The notes beneath the pieces were generated by a model that worked only from the letters and a program-made list of their open reading frames with translations, had not been told where the DNA came from and made no database searches. 64,000 bases of DNA, taken from Cenococcum geophilum. Its lineage: Eukaryota. Location of the stretch: contig CP158635.1 of assembly GCA_050273025.1 (NCBI GenBank), positions 28,706,001 to 28,770,000 of the forward strand. Direction: 5' to 3'. Both the position numbers and the translations under genes were made by a program. This document shows, piece after piece, positions 51,481-64,000 of this stretch (the first letter of the stretch is position 1; each line of letters opens with the position of its first letter).

Positions 51481-54400
51481 TACTACCCTCTAATATATAA
51501 AACGACCCAGGAGCTCTTGCTGCACCCGGCCCAAAAAGACCAAAACCAACCAAAAGAACCCTGAAAAACACCTAGAGAATCCCCCTGAGATGCATGTATC
51601 GCAGGGGAGGCACACGTCGAACGACGGTGGCTCGCACTCGCGCGCGACCGCTAGAACTACGCCTAGCAATGGCCCTCTATAATAAAGACGGGCGAATACC
51701 ATACTATAAAGCGGAAATACCTCTATTAAGAAGGCATCTGATAAAATATAAAGCCTATTGGACGCGTCTAGTATCCAAAATTGCGGGGGAGTAACCGTTA
51801 GCTATAACGAACTAATACAGCTAGTAGAATGGCTCCGCCAGTTCAGCGAACCTTAGGCGCCCCTCTAGTAAACCCTTGATTAAATCCTCTAACGGCTAAG
51901 CAAAATTAAAAATAAGTATAACCCCCCCTTACCGGCGAACCGCACCTGGGCCGCCATAGCTACGCTTTTATAGCATAGGGAACCTACCCCCCTTAAGTTA
52001 ATAACTGGGTATATAATTACAATACGACTAAATATAGAATAAGTAGAGGGGCTTAGGGGATAATTAGAAACAGAAGTCCTTATAGAGATACGTAAAGAGG
52101 TCTACGACGCTGTTATAGTCCGACACCTTAAGAGCGGAGATATTAGAGTTACCCTAAAGGACTAATAGGTAAAGGAACGAGCCGTAAGGGTAGGGGATAG
52201 GCTAGGAGAACGTATTGGTATAAAAGTACTCTGTGAGGATTACCTAGTTAAAGTCCTAGCGGTTCCTATAAGCCTTAGGGTAGAAAAGGGACGCTAGGCG
52301 GACAATACAGCAATTATATAGGAGATAGTAAGATAAACGGAACGCTTTATACTAGGACTTGAAATCACCCGAATCTAATGGCTTTAACAGGAAAATGCAA
52401 ACTAAGCATATAATGAGAATAATAAGAGGATATAAGGGTCGCCGGAGACTTACTAGGGAGACGCCGGACGAACGTATGGCTCCCTTATCGTCAGTATATA
52501 TATACTAGGAATACAAAAACTCCTTATCTAAAAAGGAATAATTATAAATGGCCTTATATACAATATAAGGCTCTATAACCACAGACTACGCCTAGAACGA
52601 TGCTATTGCTGTATATAATGGGGACACACCTAATCTATATGCGCAGTATAGGTGTGCTGCGGCCACTGTATAGGCCCCTACGATATAAGATATTGCTTAA
52701 ATTAAGACTAAATAAAATGCGCGAACTGCTACCGAAGTATATATAAGGCGTGGGAGAGAGAAGACTGCATTGAATATAGGAGACGGAAGGTAAGGGCTTA
52801 ATAGCTGCGGGAATAACTGCACGTTAGGTTATATGAATGGAAATAACAGGTGATAAGTTAGGGGGACGTAGGCGCCTTCCTAGTGTTTCCTACCTTTAAT
52901 ACTGGAGGGCTAGGCCAGCTATCCCAAGCCTTAACGGGCCAGAAGCGATGTTACGTAATATCACTAAACCAATCAGGGATATAAGGGCTATAGGGGATAT
53001 AAGGGAGAGGACGCCCCGTAGGAAGACCCCTATGGATAGCGACAGTAGGCTTAAGACCAGGATAATTAAGAATTAGACTTAATGCGGCAAATATAACATT
53101 CGCAGCTGACCTATAAAGGGTATATAGCCGACTAGTAAGAACAGGGGAAGAACTGGTAATAATAACAGATTTAGATATAGAAGTGCTAACAGGAATATAA
53201 GACACGGGAATGGAAAGCTCTATATAAAATGAGTAGTAACTAGGGTGTAGATATAAGAGATAGAAGCTCCGAATATTTTAAAGAAAGTGGAAATAGAAGA
53301 AGCGAGGAATGAAGGAGAGTTAAAGGACCCTCGCCGGGGGTCTGCTACCTATCTATTATATAGTATAACTGTGGTAACACAAACCACTGCCTTGTAAGGC
53401 CCTTACTAGACAGTCTAGACCTAGAGAAATACTATATCCTTGTTATATAAGAACCGTATTATAATACCTTTATATAATTAATATACTGCCCCCGAGGATT
53501 CTAGCTCCTATACGAACTAAAAGCAGCTATATGCGTGTGCTTTATAATTAGTAAGGCTATTAGCCTGTCCTTATAGTTATAGCAGGCAGTTAACCTAGAT
53601 ATTGCAGTTATAATAATCTAAATATATAGGGGACCGGTATAAATTATTAATGTGTATAACCCTAGGGTTGAAGGGGTCCTATAAACAGAGAATATTATAT
53701 TAGTAATAAGCTTACTGGAAACCGAAGGTATAGAGTCTATCCTATTAGGAGATATAAACCTCCACCACCCGCGGTGGGGGGGTATCTATATTGCTGTAGA
53801 TTAACAGTCAGAGTGCCTATTAAGAGTTATGGATATCTGGGGCCTTAAGCTAGCTACCCCCCTAGGAGTAATTATATGGCAATAAGGCACCGCTAGAAGT
53901 ATAATTGACCTTATATTTATGGACGAAGGCCTATACTAGAGACTTGAAAGGTGTAACCCTGAAGAAGAATGGGCACTTACCCTAGACTATATCCCTATCT
54001 AGATATAGCTAGACCTAGATACTAAAGCGCAACTAAATAGAAAAAGATACGTAATAAGGAAGCTTAAGATAGATAGTTTCCTTAATGCAGTTAAACAATA
54101 ACTTTAAGACCTAGAAGAAATCCACCTAATACTAAATAAGCGAGGCTTATTGGCTACCCCTAAGGAAATCGACCGAAGACTAGAAAGGATCTAGGTAGCG
54201 ATTAAAAATGGGCTGAAAGAGTACTGCCCGATCTTAAAACCGGGCCCCTACGCGTGATATATATGGTCTATATAATGCGCAGTTCTAGTTGCTAGCTAAT
54301 AACGAGCAAGAAGGAAATATATAAGCAGCTATAACCCTAAAGACGAGAGACGATATAAAGACATAAGAAACTAGCTAAAGAATACCCTAAAAAAAGAAGT

Positions 54401-57051
54401 AAGGAATAACTGGAGACGGTTTATAAATAAGTATACTTCTAACCTAAGCCTCCCCTATAATAAGGGCCTTTGGGCTATGGCGAAATGGGTAAAGAAAAAG
54501 GCAGGGCGTTTAGTAGAAGACCTATACCTACCACCCCTATAAAGAGTAGGAGAATTATAGGCTATAAATGATAATAATAAGAAGGCAAAGATCCTTATAG
54601 AAAGGTTCTTCCCCTAACCGGCTTTAGTAGACCTTAGTGATATTACGGGCGAAACACTGGTGACTTGCCTGCGGGTCGACAGCGATATAATAATAGAGGA
54701 AATGGCTAGAACTATTAGCCGCCTTTTAAATAATATAGTATTAGGACTAGATGGGATTCTAAATGAGGCCCTAAAAACCTGTGGGCCACTTATAGCACCT
54801 TGGCTTGTAGATATAGCTAGAGTATGCTTTGCTATAGGCTACTACCCGCGACTTAGAAGATCTATAACGACGGTTGTTTTATGAAAAGAAGGTAAAGTAG
54901 ATTACTTAATCTTAGGAAGCTATCGCCCTATTGCTTTAGAAAACACCCTTAGTAAGATCTTAGAAAGGGTAATAGCGGAACGTATAGTAGATATGGTAGA
55001 GAAACACGCCCTACTACCATAAAGTTAAATAGGGGCAAGAAAGAACCGCTTAACACTATTAGCACTTATGCTACTTACTGCCACTATTAAATCTATATGG
55101 GCGATGCGAAAGGACTTTATAGTATTAATGCTTAGCCTAGATATTAGTGGTGCCTATAATAATGTACCCTATAAGCGTCTCCTGTATATCCTTAGGGCAA
55201 AGGGCTTCCTAGAATGGATTATATAATTTGTCTAAGGGTTTATAGGCTAGAAAGAAATATTACTGGTCTTTAGCGGATACTAGAGCCCCCCTATTGTAGT
55301 TGTAACAGGAATACTATAAGGATTATCCCTCTCGCCTATACTTTTCCTTTTCTTTATAAGTAACCTGCTTAACTCCTTTGAGGAAGGGGCGACCTAGGGG
55401 ATAGGCTTTGTTAATGATATAAACCTAATTATATACGGGCTAACAGCCGTAGAGAATTGCAGAACACTAGAGAAAGCCTATAATACTTGTATAGAATGGG
55501 CAAAACGTTATGGAGTCTAATTCTTACTAGAGAAATACCAGCTAATCTATTTTATAAGAAAACGCAACTAATCTGTAGATCTTTAGTATATAATTCGTAT
55601 TTAAGGCTTTGGGGGTTAACTAGTTTAGGGCCTAAGGGTATTAGGAGTATGGGTAGATAGTAAGCTCCGGTGGAGCGTATATGCGGCGTAAGCGGCCCGT
55701 AAAGGCTAAGTATAGTTTATTGCTTTATCTAGGATTGTTAATTCTATATGGGGTCTATGCTTTTAGAGGTTACGCCTACTATATATAGTAGTTGTTTGGC
55801 CAACTATGATATATAGATCCAGTATTTGGGCTATTGGAGAAACTAAGAAGGGCCCCCCTAAATTACTCCTTAAACTACTTTAAAAGGTCTAAATAGCCTG
55901 CCTTTGGAGTATTATAGGCGGGTATAAGTGAACGGCCACAGCACTGCTTGAGAAGGAATCTAATATTCCCCCCTTATAGTTATATATTAAAGCCGCTGTA
56001 ATGTAAAGGACGTAAAATGAATATAACTCTAATGTTATAAAGTATATTAAGATACGCCTAAGTAAACTATGGAGGGACCCTAGGGTGCCCCGTAGGAGAA
56101 TAAACCAATAACCCTAAAGTAGGGAAGAGATATTAGAGAAATAGGTAAAGAAAGTAGAAGAAGAATGGTGCTGCTTTAGGGCCTAGGCCTATATAGAGGA
56201 GGAAGGGAGACGTATAAGAGGTTAGTAAAGACAATAGTAAGACAGAGAAAGGAGCTAAAGTAGAATATATAAGAACACCAGGAAACCATCTACCGTAATG
56301 TAATACTGGTTGGACTAACGCTGGAGAGGTAAATGGGAGTTGAAGGTACAGAGGCTGATTTAGGCAAGATAAACCTAAGCTATAGCATGGTTAACGCTAT
56401 AGGGGGTAAATACCTAAGGGCTCCAAGAAGGCCTAATAAAGGCAGAAAATATAATAGCAATACTCTTAAGAACAGGAATAATAGGACTAAAAGATTGGCT
56501 TTACTGGGTGGGTGTTCTAGTAGGTAGCCCGAGATGCGAATGTGGCTGGCTAAGATAGACACTAAAACACGTAATACTGCTATGCCCCTTACGCACTAAT
56601 TGAGAAATAATGCTCTTAGTAGCTAGTATAGAGAACTATAATATACTGCTCTTAATATAAAAAGGCCTTAAGGCGGTTACCTAGTGGCTTATTAGTCAAA
56701 ATGTGCTAAATTAGTTTTGGGTTGCAAGGGAAATGGTAATAGAAGGTAAGGGGGCGAGCAGTAGGTGCCCCTTAGTAACTCTATAGTAGTAGAGTAATAG
56801 TTTGTGATACTAGCGCGTCCGTAGGTTTGTTACGGCAGTAGTGGTTCCTAAGAAGGTCAAATAGTAAGGTAGTAGAGTACCATAGGCGACTTGTAGGCGC
56901 TAAGTAGGCGAGTTCTAAAAGGCGGGGAGATGGATTACGGGGTTTTTTTATTTTTCTTAAATAGAGTTTTCTCCCTATATGTAAATAAGGAGTAGTCTGC
57001 GTGGGCCTAATAGGGATCTAAATTGGACGTTAAGCAATGAATTATTATTAT
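51481..57051 (+). mobile_element. Full-length RIPed Tad1-like LINE inserted in the Gypsy pol (between protease and RT)
   Basis: 15-bp TSD tatttctataactaa (51466-51480 / 57052-57066); (ATT)n tail; ORF1 with three CCHC-type knuckles (about 52600-52745); ORF2 APE endonuclease (QYNC, GD.NLHHP.WGG, IDL.F), RT (YRPIALENTL, GFV(D)DI), C-terminal CECG..HV..CP. Confidence 0.92.
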
Positions 57052-60000
57052 TATTTCTATAACTAAGGTATACTTAATACTGCCTTATCCCGTCCTAATA
57101 GTAGGATATTAAAAGACATCTTAATTTGTCTCCCTTTAATAGTTATCTAAATAGGTCCTGTTTTAAGATTGATGATCCCTCCTCTATAGGTTATTAGATC
57201 TCCTAAAATTATAACTAATGGGTAAGGTTGCTCCTTTTGTCTATAAGGTAGCCCTATTCTCTTAACTACTACTAGTAAGATATAGTTTCGCGTTGCTTTA
57301 TTATCTATTAGCGCTTCGAACTACTAATTTTACCAATTAATCCGTAAATTTAGGTATTATCCTTAAATTTCTTTAAGGGTCTAAGGCTCTACTACTGGCT
57401 CCCTCTAGTCCTATAGGCCTCTACTTTTCCTAATTGTTAGTTGCTTGATCCTAGTGTACTTGACTTGCTCTTTAGCTAATGCCTAGTTCGCTTTTTATTT
57501 TTAATATATTATAAACACGTGTTTTCTAGGTATTCCTACTACTATTATCCGTCTAAGTATTCTTCTATAAGGAATCTTCCTAGTTAAAGTACTAAACTCC
57601 CTTCCTCTTGGACCTCTACTAGATGCTATTTATATATATATTTAGTATTCCTATACTATTACTCGTCCGTTATTTAGTATATCCTTATAGGGTATTTCCG
57701 ATTCTTTTCCTTTAGATTCTTATGTATTTTGTATATATCGTCCACGCACGTAATCTATAATAACGTGTAGTGTGCTGGGTGCTTTGGGTTAACTCTTAGC
57801 TCGTTTTCGTCCTTAAGTTTAAACCTTTATCGTGCTGATCTGAACGTTGCGACTTCCTTCGCAGGTACTAAAATGCGCCTCTTACTTCTTTAGTCCTCTA
57901 AACATTTCTCTAGATCCTTTAATATTATAATTAAGGCTCCTTTAATATGCGTTATGGCCTTCTCTGTAATTGGGTGGTCCTAAATAACTTTTTTATTTAA
58001 CTATATATAGAAATCTTCCCACTTATTATTGTGCCTTTACCTATACTACTTTTAGTATAGCTGCTGGAGTATATATAGTCTGTCCGTAAGGAAATATCTC
58101 TTTATTACTGTATTGTAATAGCCTTTAGTATATCATTTTTTAAACCTAGTAGGAATCCCTAGATCCTTTTCTTATTCTAGTTTGGTAAGCTACTTAGCCC
58201 TTAGTGTGCCTGCTTTCGGCCTATTGGTAATTCTTTGTACTAGTGCTCTGTCCTTTATACGTCCTAATATGCTAGATCTTTTGTCTAGTTTCTGTTCTTA
58301 CTATACGATAATTCTTTGTCTGAATTCTTCTATAGTTTTTTTTAGTTTGCGCCTTACGCTCTAATCCTTAAAGTCATCTTACTTCTTAATCTTAGTATTA
58401 ACTTTTTAATCTTTAGTTTAAATACTTCGTTTAACTAGTAAATTCTCTAGGTCTATATATTCGTCTCTTAGTCTAATTACTATTTATACTATAGATTCTC
58501 TAATTTATAAAGAAGCTCCTTGCCTCTTATCTGTGGGTGTCCTAATTTATACTCCGAATTCTTAACCCCTTGGATTACTTAATCCTAAGCTTACTTCTAA
58601 CTTAAGCTTAGCTCCTACCTTAGTCCAACTAGGCTTACTTAGTGTTCTTATCTTATCTTAAGAGTCTTAAATCTCACTTATCTTGTCTTAAGAATCTTAT
58701 GCCTATAGGAACTTCCATCCCGAGCTTATTCGTATGTCTTTAAACTAAGCTACTGCCCTACCCCATCGGTTATCGTCGTTTGTGGGTTTTTGAGCTTGCC
58801 TTATCTCGTCTTAAGAATCTTGGTTGTCTTTTATCTCGTCTTAAGAATCTTAAGCCTTTGGCCTTTTGCCTTTATTAAGTGCCGAAGTAGTTCACTATCC
58901 TACTTCCTTTGCGTCTTATAAAGCGATAGACATTATATCTAGTGGGGTTTTAATCCCTACTAATGTTCCCTGTTCTGTAGTGGAATCATCTTTTACCTTT
59001 AGTATAATATCTCTAAGGTCTACTCGCTCCTAGTAAGCGGCCCTTATTACCCTATTATTACGGAATATTTCACCTACGTTGAATTTATCGTCCTTAATAT
59101 CCAATCTGCGAACTAGTTTATTAGTTCCTCTGCATCTTATAGGTACTAGCTCTTATAGCTAATAGCTTATACCGTACTTAGCGTCCTTATAAATTTGGTA
59201 TGCGTTATTATAATAAAACGCAAAACTTTTAATTAAACATTCTTTTGTTCCTTATAGTATATTATTATCCCTTTATATGTGTATATTATCTGCTAGTCTC
59301 GTGCCTTTTACTATATGGTAACTCTACCTACTTCTATAGTCTCTAACGTAATAACCCTATTTTCCGTAATTTATGCAAGCTCCTTCTTTAAACTATTTCT
59401 CTTGCTATAAAGTCCGCCTAAATATCTTCTACTGTTAAGATCCCTAATTCGGCCTCTGCTCCTTAGACCCTTAATTACTTAATCCTTATCCTCTAGGTTT
59501 CTATAGTTTACTTCCTTTCTTATGGATTTCTTTAGTACTACTTAGGTCTATTAGCTCTGCGCCATACTATATTTTCTAACTTAGCTTTTATTATTGCGTA
59601 CTCTACGCCTTATATAACTATAGAACTCTATCCTAGCCTCTCTTAGCCTGTTTCCTTTAGTAGATCTAATTATTAATCTTAATCGCCTAATCTATTAGAT
59701 CCCTTAGGGTGTCCATATCTTCTATTAGGATAATTACATCCTAGACTTTAGCCTTAAGTCCCTATTTATACTGTGCTATAAGCGCCCTATTATTCCACTC
59801 TACTTATATTACTAGTGTCTGGAACTATATTATATACTTAATTACTAAAGTTTGTTACACGAGGTTCTGGAGTTTTCTTTCTACTATAGTTATTTCTTCT
59901 AGGTCTCTAAATATCTGCGTTAGTTATTCTACAAATCCTTCCTAACTTAAGAATATAAATCGCATATCTTAGTTAGTGGTTGTTATTCCGTTTACCTATA

Positions 60001-60423
60001 TCTCTATAAGGTAAGGTTTAAACTACTTAAGTACTTTCCCTAATAAGAATAGTTCTGCGTAGGCTATCCGATCTACAGGTATAGGTAACTTTACTCCCTT
60101 CTATAAGACCTTAAAATGCATCTGCGTAAGGAATCCTTTAAGCTTTAACCTCTCTCCGGTAAATCTCTTAATTAATAGTAGCTTAATCTTCGCTACTCTT
60201 ATTCTATTAAGTCTTTCTTCTAACACTATATTATTAGCTATTAGCTAGTTAACTATTTCCTATAGCTGTCCGACCGTTATAGGTTGCTATAAGTTAGTAT
60301 CTGCTATACTAGTATCACCTCCTATCCTTAAAGTAGTTGCTGCCATTAATAGCGTTATAGTGGCTGCTTTTGGTGGCATGTTATTTAACTTCTTGTATTA
60401 ATACTATAACTAGGTAGTAATTA

Positions 60424-60848
60424 TGTAATGGAACCTTATAGTAAGAACTACGGTAGGCTCGTTATTGGGCTAGGTATATAGGAAATGTAAGTATAAAAGT
60501 TAACAACGTAATAATAATTAGTGGAGTGGTTGCCTAATAGATTAACTCTAATTATATTCTGAGAATTACTATAAGGAAGGAACTATCTAGGTAGGGATTA
60601 AGGGTCCTTAAATACACAACCGTACTCCTATAAAATCCTTCTTATACATAATATACGTCTTATACGTAAGGTACGTAAGTTCCTCTCGTTTCTCTCGTTT
60701 AATATATAGCATATTATGTGACCTTAGTTACTATTTCTTATCATATAGTTCTATTGGCTCTATCCTAGACCGTGCTTGTATTAACCAACTAGCTTCTTCC
60801 GTCTCTTCTCTAAGTAGTTATAACATCATACTTAAAGCGTCCGTAACA
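60424..60848 (-). repeat. 5' LTR of the Gypsy element
   Basis: TGTAATGGAACC...GTCCGTAACA; partner of 47312-47736. Confidence 0.93.
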
Positions 60849-61351
60849 CTCGCACGTGATTAATTATGCTCTCGGCAACACCCTTTATAGCCTTATTTGC
60901 GTTATAGGGAAGCTTATTCCTTAGTAGGCTCTTTAAACCTTATCTTTAAATAACACCCCCTAGCACGCAGTACCCAAGTTAAGAAAGGGAAGATGGAAAC
61001 GGCAGAGGTGGAAGGAGGCTTGACGTGTCAATTGTGTTGGGAATACGCCAAGATAACTAAGGCCCTTGAAAATGATAGTTATAAGAGCAATATAGAAGAT
61101 ACGGTTTATATAGCAGTAGTAGCCCCTAGTGCACTACGATTAAAGCGCATAGGGAAAAAACTACTCCCTAAGGATTAAATAGGGTTAATAAGAAACCGTA
61201 TAATGGCTAAAAAGAGAGTAGAGTAGCTAGTAATAATAGCCACTATAGTAAACTAATTAATAATTAAGAGGATAAATATAACATTAAATATGTAGATTAA
61301 GGTACTAACTAACCTAGTTACGTTATTACTAGGAGTATTAAAGTAGTAAAA

Positions 61352-61413
61352 TGTCACGGAACCCCACCGCAGGGGCCTCTATAGGAGAGCTACGCGTAGG
61401 TATATTACCTCCT
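61352..61413. mobile_element. Truncated LTR of the same family as 19855-20047
   Basis: Identical start tgtcacggaaccccaccgcaggggcctctataggagagc, about 40-bp internal deletion, then interrupted at about 61414. Confidence 0.75.
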
Positions 61414-61847
61414 TGTCTCGTTCCCAGACCTTCTTGCCAAGGCTTACCTTGCCAAGCCGCTATCCGCTTTTGGCAAGACCTTCATTAGAAGGTCTGGTAC
61501 ACGGTTCGGATTTTTGTTAGTCCCGCGCGGGGTATTTGGGCCTGTATACACCTACTTTAAGCCAAATTCTCTCAACTTCTATAGCTCCCTAAGCTATTCC
61601 TAATAGCTAGAATTACCAAATTAAACCTGGCGAAGAAGACTACGTTGCCCGATTTGCCCGATTCTAATTCGTTGTCTTATTATCGCGCCCGACGCCCCTG
61701 AGTCGTAGCGACTGCACCTATCCCACAACTACCGCCGCCTTCTTTTTACCGCAGCTAGAGTACCTAAATTAATAAGCCAGCTTTAAATAATACTTAAGGA
61801 CTGCTAGTAGGTATAGATTTGCCTTGCAGAAGGGGGTAAGCTTTACG

Positions 61848-62420
61848 TAGAGCTTTAGTAGAGCTTCGTGCAGAGCTTCGAGCAGAGCTTCGTGCAGAGC
61901 TTCGTGCAGAGCTTCGTGCAGAGCTTCGTGCAGAGCTTCGTGCAGAGCTTCGTGCAGAGCTTTGTGCAGAGCTTCGTGCAGAGCTTCGAGCAGAGCTTCG
62001 TGCAGAGCTTCGTGCAGAGCTTCGTGCAGAGCTTCGTGCAGAGCTTCGTGCAGAGCCTCGTGCAGAGCTTCGAGCAGAGCTTCGAGCAGAGCTTCAAGTA
62101 GAGCTTCGAGCAGAGCTTCGAGCAGAGCTTCAAGTAGAGCTTCGGGCAGAGCTTCGACCAGAGCTTCGACCAGAGCTTCGACCAGAGCTTTAAGTAGAGC
62201 TTCAAGCAGAGCTTCGAGCAGAGCTTTGAGCAGAGCTTCGCGCAGAGCTTCGTGTAGAGCTTTGAGCAGAGCCTCGTGCAGAGCTTCGTGCAGAGCCTTA
62301 TGCAGAGCTTCGAGCAGAGCCTTGTGCAGAGCTTTAAGCAAAGCCTTATGCAGAGCTTTAAGTAGAGCCTTGTATAGAACTTTATATAGAGCCTTATATA
62401 GAGCTTTATATAGAGCTTTA
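61848..62420. repeat. 12-bp minisatellite (AGAGCTTCGTGC)n, roughly 48 units
   Basis: Direct reading; variants agagcttcgagc, agagcttcgacc, agagcttcaagt; decays to agagctttatat at the right. Confidence 0.95.
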
Positions 62421-63561
62421 TATAAATATATAGGCGTATAGATATATATTTTATACTAGTAATTAATTATAAAATTTATAAAAATAATTATATAGGAAAT
62501 TATATAGTTATTTATTTATTTATTTATTTATAGTAAGGCTAATAATACTATACGGCTCCTAGATCTGGGGCCTGGGACTAGATAGTAAGGTATTAATAAA
62601 AAGCTCCCTAGCGCTACTAGTTAAGCTATAAAACTAGTACCTATATAGAACTATAGGGGCCTATAGGAGAATACTACGCGCTATACTAGAATATAAAGTA
62701 GTAGTTTTACTAGTAGACTTATATATTAATATAACTACTATATAGAGATTAGTTATAGTATAAGGCTACCTAGTAAAAGAAAATATATACTAAATACTAA
62801 AACGTATATAAGGAGCGAAGGTCCCTTAAAAAGGCAATACGCCTAAGTATACTAGCTAGGAAGCCCTCTACCTATAGATAATAGAGAGAGAGAAAAATAT
62901 ATATAGAAATTACTAGCTTACTAGGCGGAGACCTAGCGCCGTACTAGTAGAGTACTATTATAGTAATAGAGGATAAGAGGCTATTAGTATAGATAGAGAT
63001 CTACTATACTTATCGCAAGATAGGTAGACCTTAAATAGAAGCGATAATAGAAGGAGGTAGTAAAAATATAAGACGTAGCTATATAGAATACCCTATAGTT
63101 AATACTAATGCTCCCCCTATATAAAAGACTAATAGAGGTAAAATCTATAGCCGCCTTCCTACTACGGATAGAGATTTTAAGCCTAAATATATAGCTAGTA
63201 AATATCTATATTCTAAATACTATACCTTAATATACTTATAGATAGCCTATTTAGTTAGTATACTATATACTACTTTTTTATAGCTACTGCTTAGTAAGGT
63301 ACTAGCTATTTATAAATATAGGTATAAATAATATTACCTATACTCTTTATAAGTAGGGGCCTATAAATAGTATTAAAATAGCTTATAGGCTAAGGAGTTC
63401 TTTAGTAGTTCTAAATAGTATATAAGATCTAATAGGAGGACACTAAAGGATATGCCCCCTTTAGCCCCTTAGAGACTAAATACCGCCGCCTAGCTATAGG
63501 TAGTACGCTAGTAAATTACCAGATACTTCTACTACCCCCCCTAAATCTTCTAATATACCTA

Positions 63562-64000
63562 AAAAGTATAGTATATAAGGTAGACCTAAATATATAAAAA
63601 TATATTAGTTTGGTAAAGGTAAAACGTATAGAACTAGCTAAAAGGAAATACTTAGGGTTTTACCCCTTTAGGGCCTTTTCCTATATAGAAAGGTAAAAGC
63701 CTATAAAGACCTAAATAGGGACTAAATTACGCAATGAATATAATTAATATAAATATTTATAAAGATATTTAAAACTTTATATTAAGCTTTAAGCTTAAGT
63801 ATATAATTATTATATTAATCCTATTTATTGCCTAATTTAGTTCCTTTTTAAATTTATATATACTTCTACCTTTCTATATAGGAAAAGGCCCTATAAGGGG
63901 GAAAACCTAAGTATTTCCTTTTGGCTAGTTCTATACGTTTTACCTTTACTAAACTAATATATCTTTATATCTTTAGGTCTACCTTATATACTATACTTTC
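63562..64000. repeat. Long inverted repeat (arms about 200 bp or more, centre near 63781) extending past the window end
   Basis: aaagtatagtatataaggtagacctaaa...ggaaatacttagg...gggccttttcctatatagaaaggta (63562-63700) mirrored by tacctttctatataggaaaaggccc...cctaagtatttcc...tttaggtctaccttatatactatactttc (63867-64000). Confidence 0.85.

Larger units (their letters stand above)
47312..60848 (-). mobile_element. Full-length RIP-inactivated Ty3/Gypsy chromovirus LTR retrotransposon
   Basis: 425-bp LTRs 47312-47736 and 60424-60848; TSD cttgc/ctcgc; PPT aaagagaagggagatag next to the left (3') LTR; minus-strand gag ATG near 60379, CCHC knuckle near 59380, protease ALID(S)(G)AT near 57310, RT YL(D)(D)IIIY near 50760, RNase H, integrase GPFKI near 48780, chromodomain YKVK(W)TGY..TT(W)E near 48550. 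Confidence 0.93.
46803..60889 (+). mobile_element. Internally deleted Tc1/mariner-like element (about 545 bp of own sequence) split by the Gypsy insertion
   Basis: TIR tataaagggtgcggccgagagcacaatcaat (46803) vs rc of 60859-60889 tataaagggtgttgccgagagcataattaat; RIPed ORF from about 46953 resembling a transposase HTH N-terminus. Confidence 0.65.

Noticed and set aside
61848..62420. CRISPR array or real (RASC)n/(QSFV)n/(KLCT)n proteins
   Set aside because: Head-to-tail 12-mers without spacers in a eukaryote; multi-frame ORFs follow automatically from a stop-free unit.

Overview
Eukaryotic genomic DNA from a filamentous ascomycete (Pezizomycotina-type short GT-AG introns, Zn2Cys6 regulators, RIP-mutated repeats). 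1-9.4 kb: conserved genes (ADP1-type EGF/ABCG transporter, PLP aminotransferase, MFS transporter). 9.9-41 kb: accessory-looking block with nested MITEs and solo LTRs, a pyruvate/2-oxo-acid decarboxylase, a divergent Zn2Cys6 TF/SDR pair, a second Zn2Cys6 TF, two membrane-protein pseudogenes, a Pif1-family helicase with a CxxC-x14-CxxH insertion, a dynamin relic and a four-gene gentisate-type catabolic cluster (FAD monooxygenase, gentisate 1,2-dioxygenase, Zn2Cys6 TF, FAH-family hydrolase). 41.6-45.1 kb: NOG2, whose long intron encodes an H/ACA snoRNA (snR191/U19 homologue), and a divergent probable mitoribosomal gene. 45.9-64 kb: RIP-degraded transposon island where a Tad-like LINE sits inside a full-length Ty3/Gypsy chromovirus, itself inside a deleted Tc1/mariner element. 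The Gypsy carries an unusual antisense Zn2Cys6-like ORF and Cys/His repeats after Gag. A 12-bp minisatellite and a long inverted repeat running off the window follow. Exon boundaries and de-RIPed translations were read by eye; family assignments come from motif recognition, not database searches.
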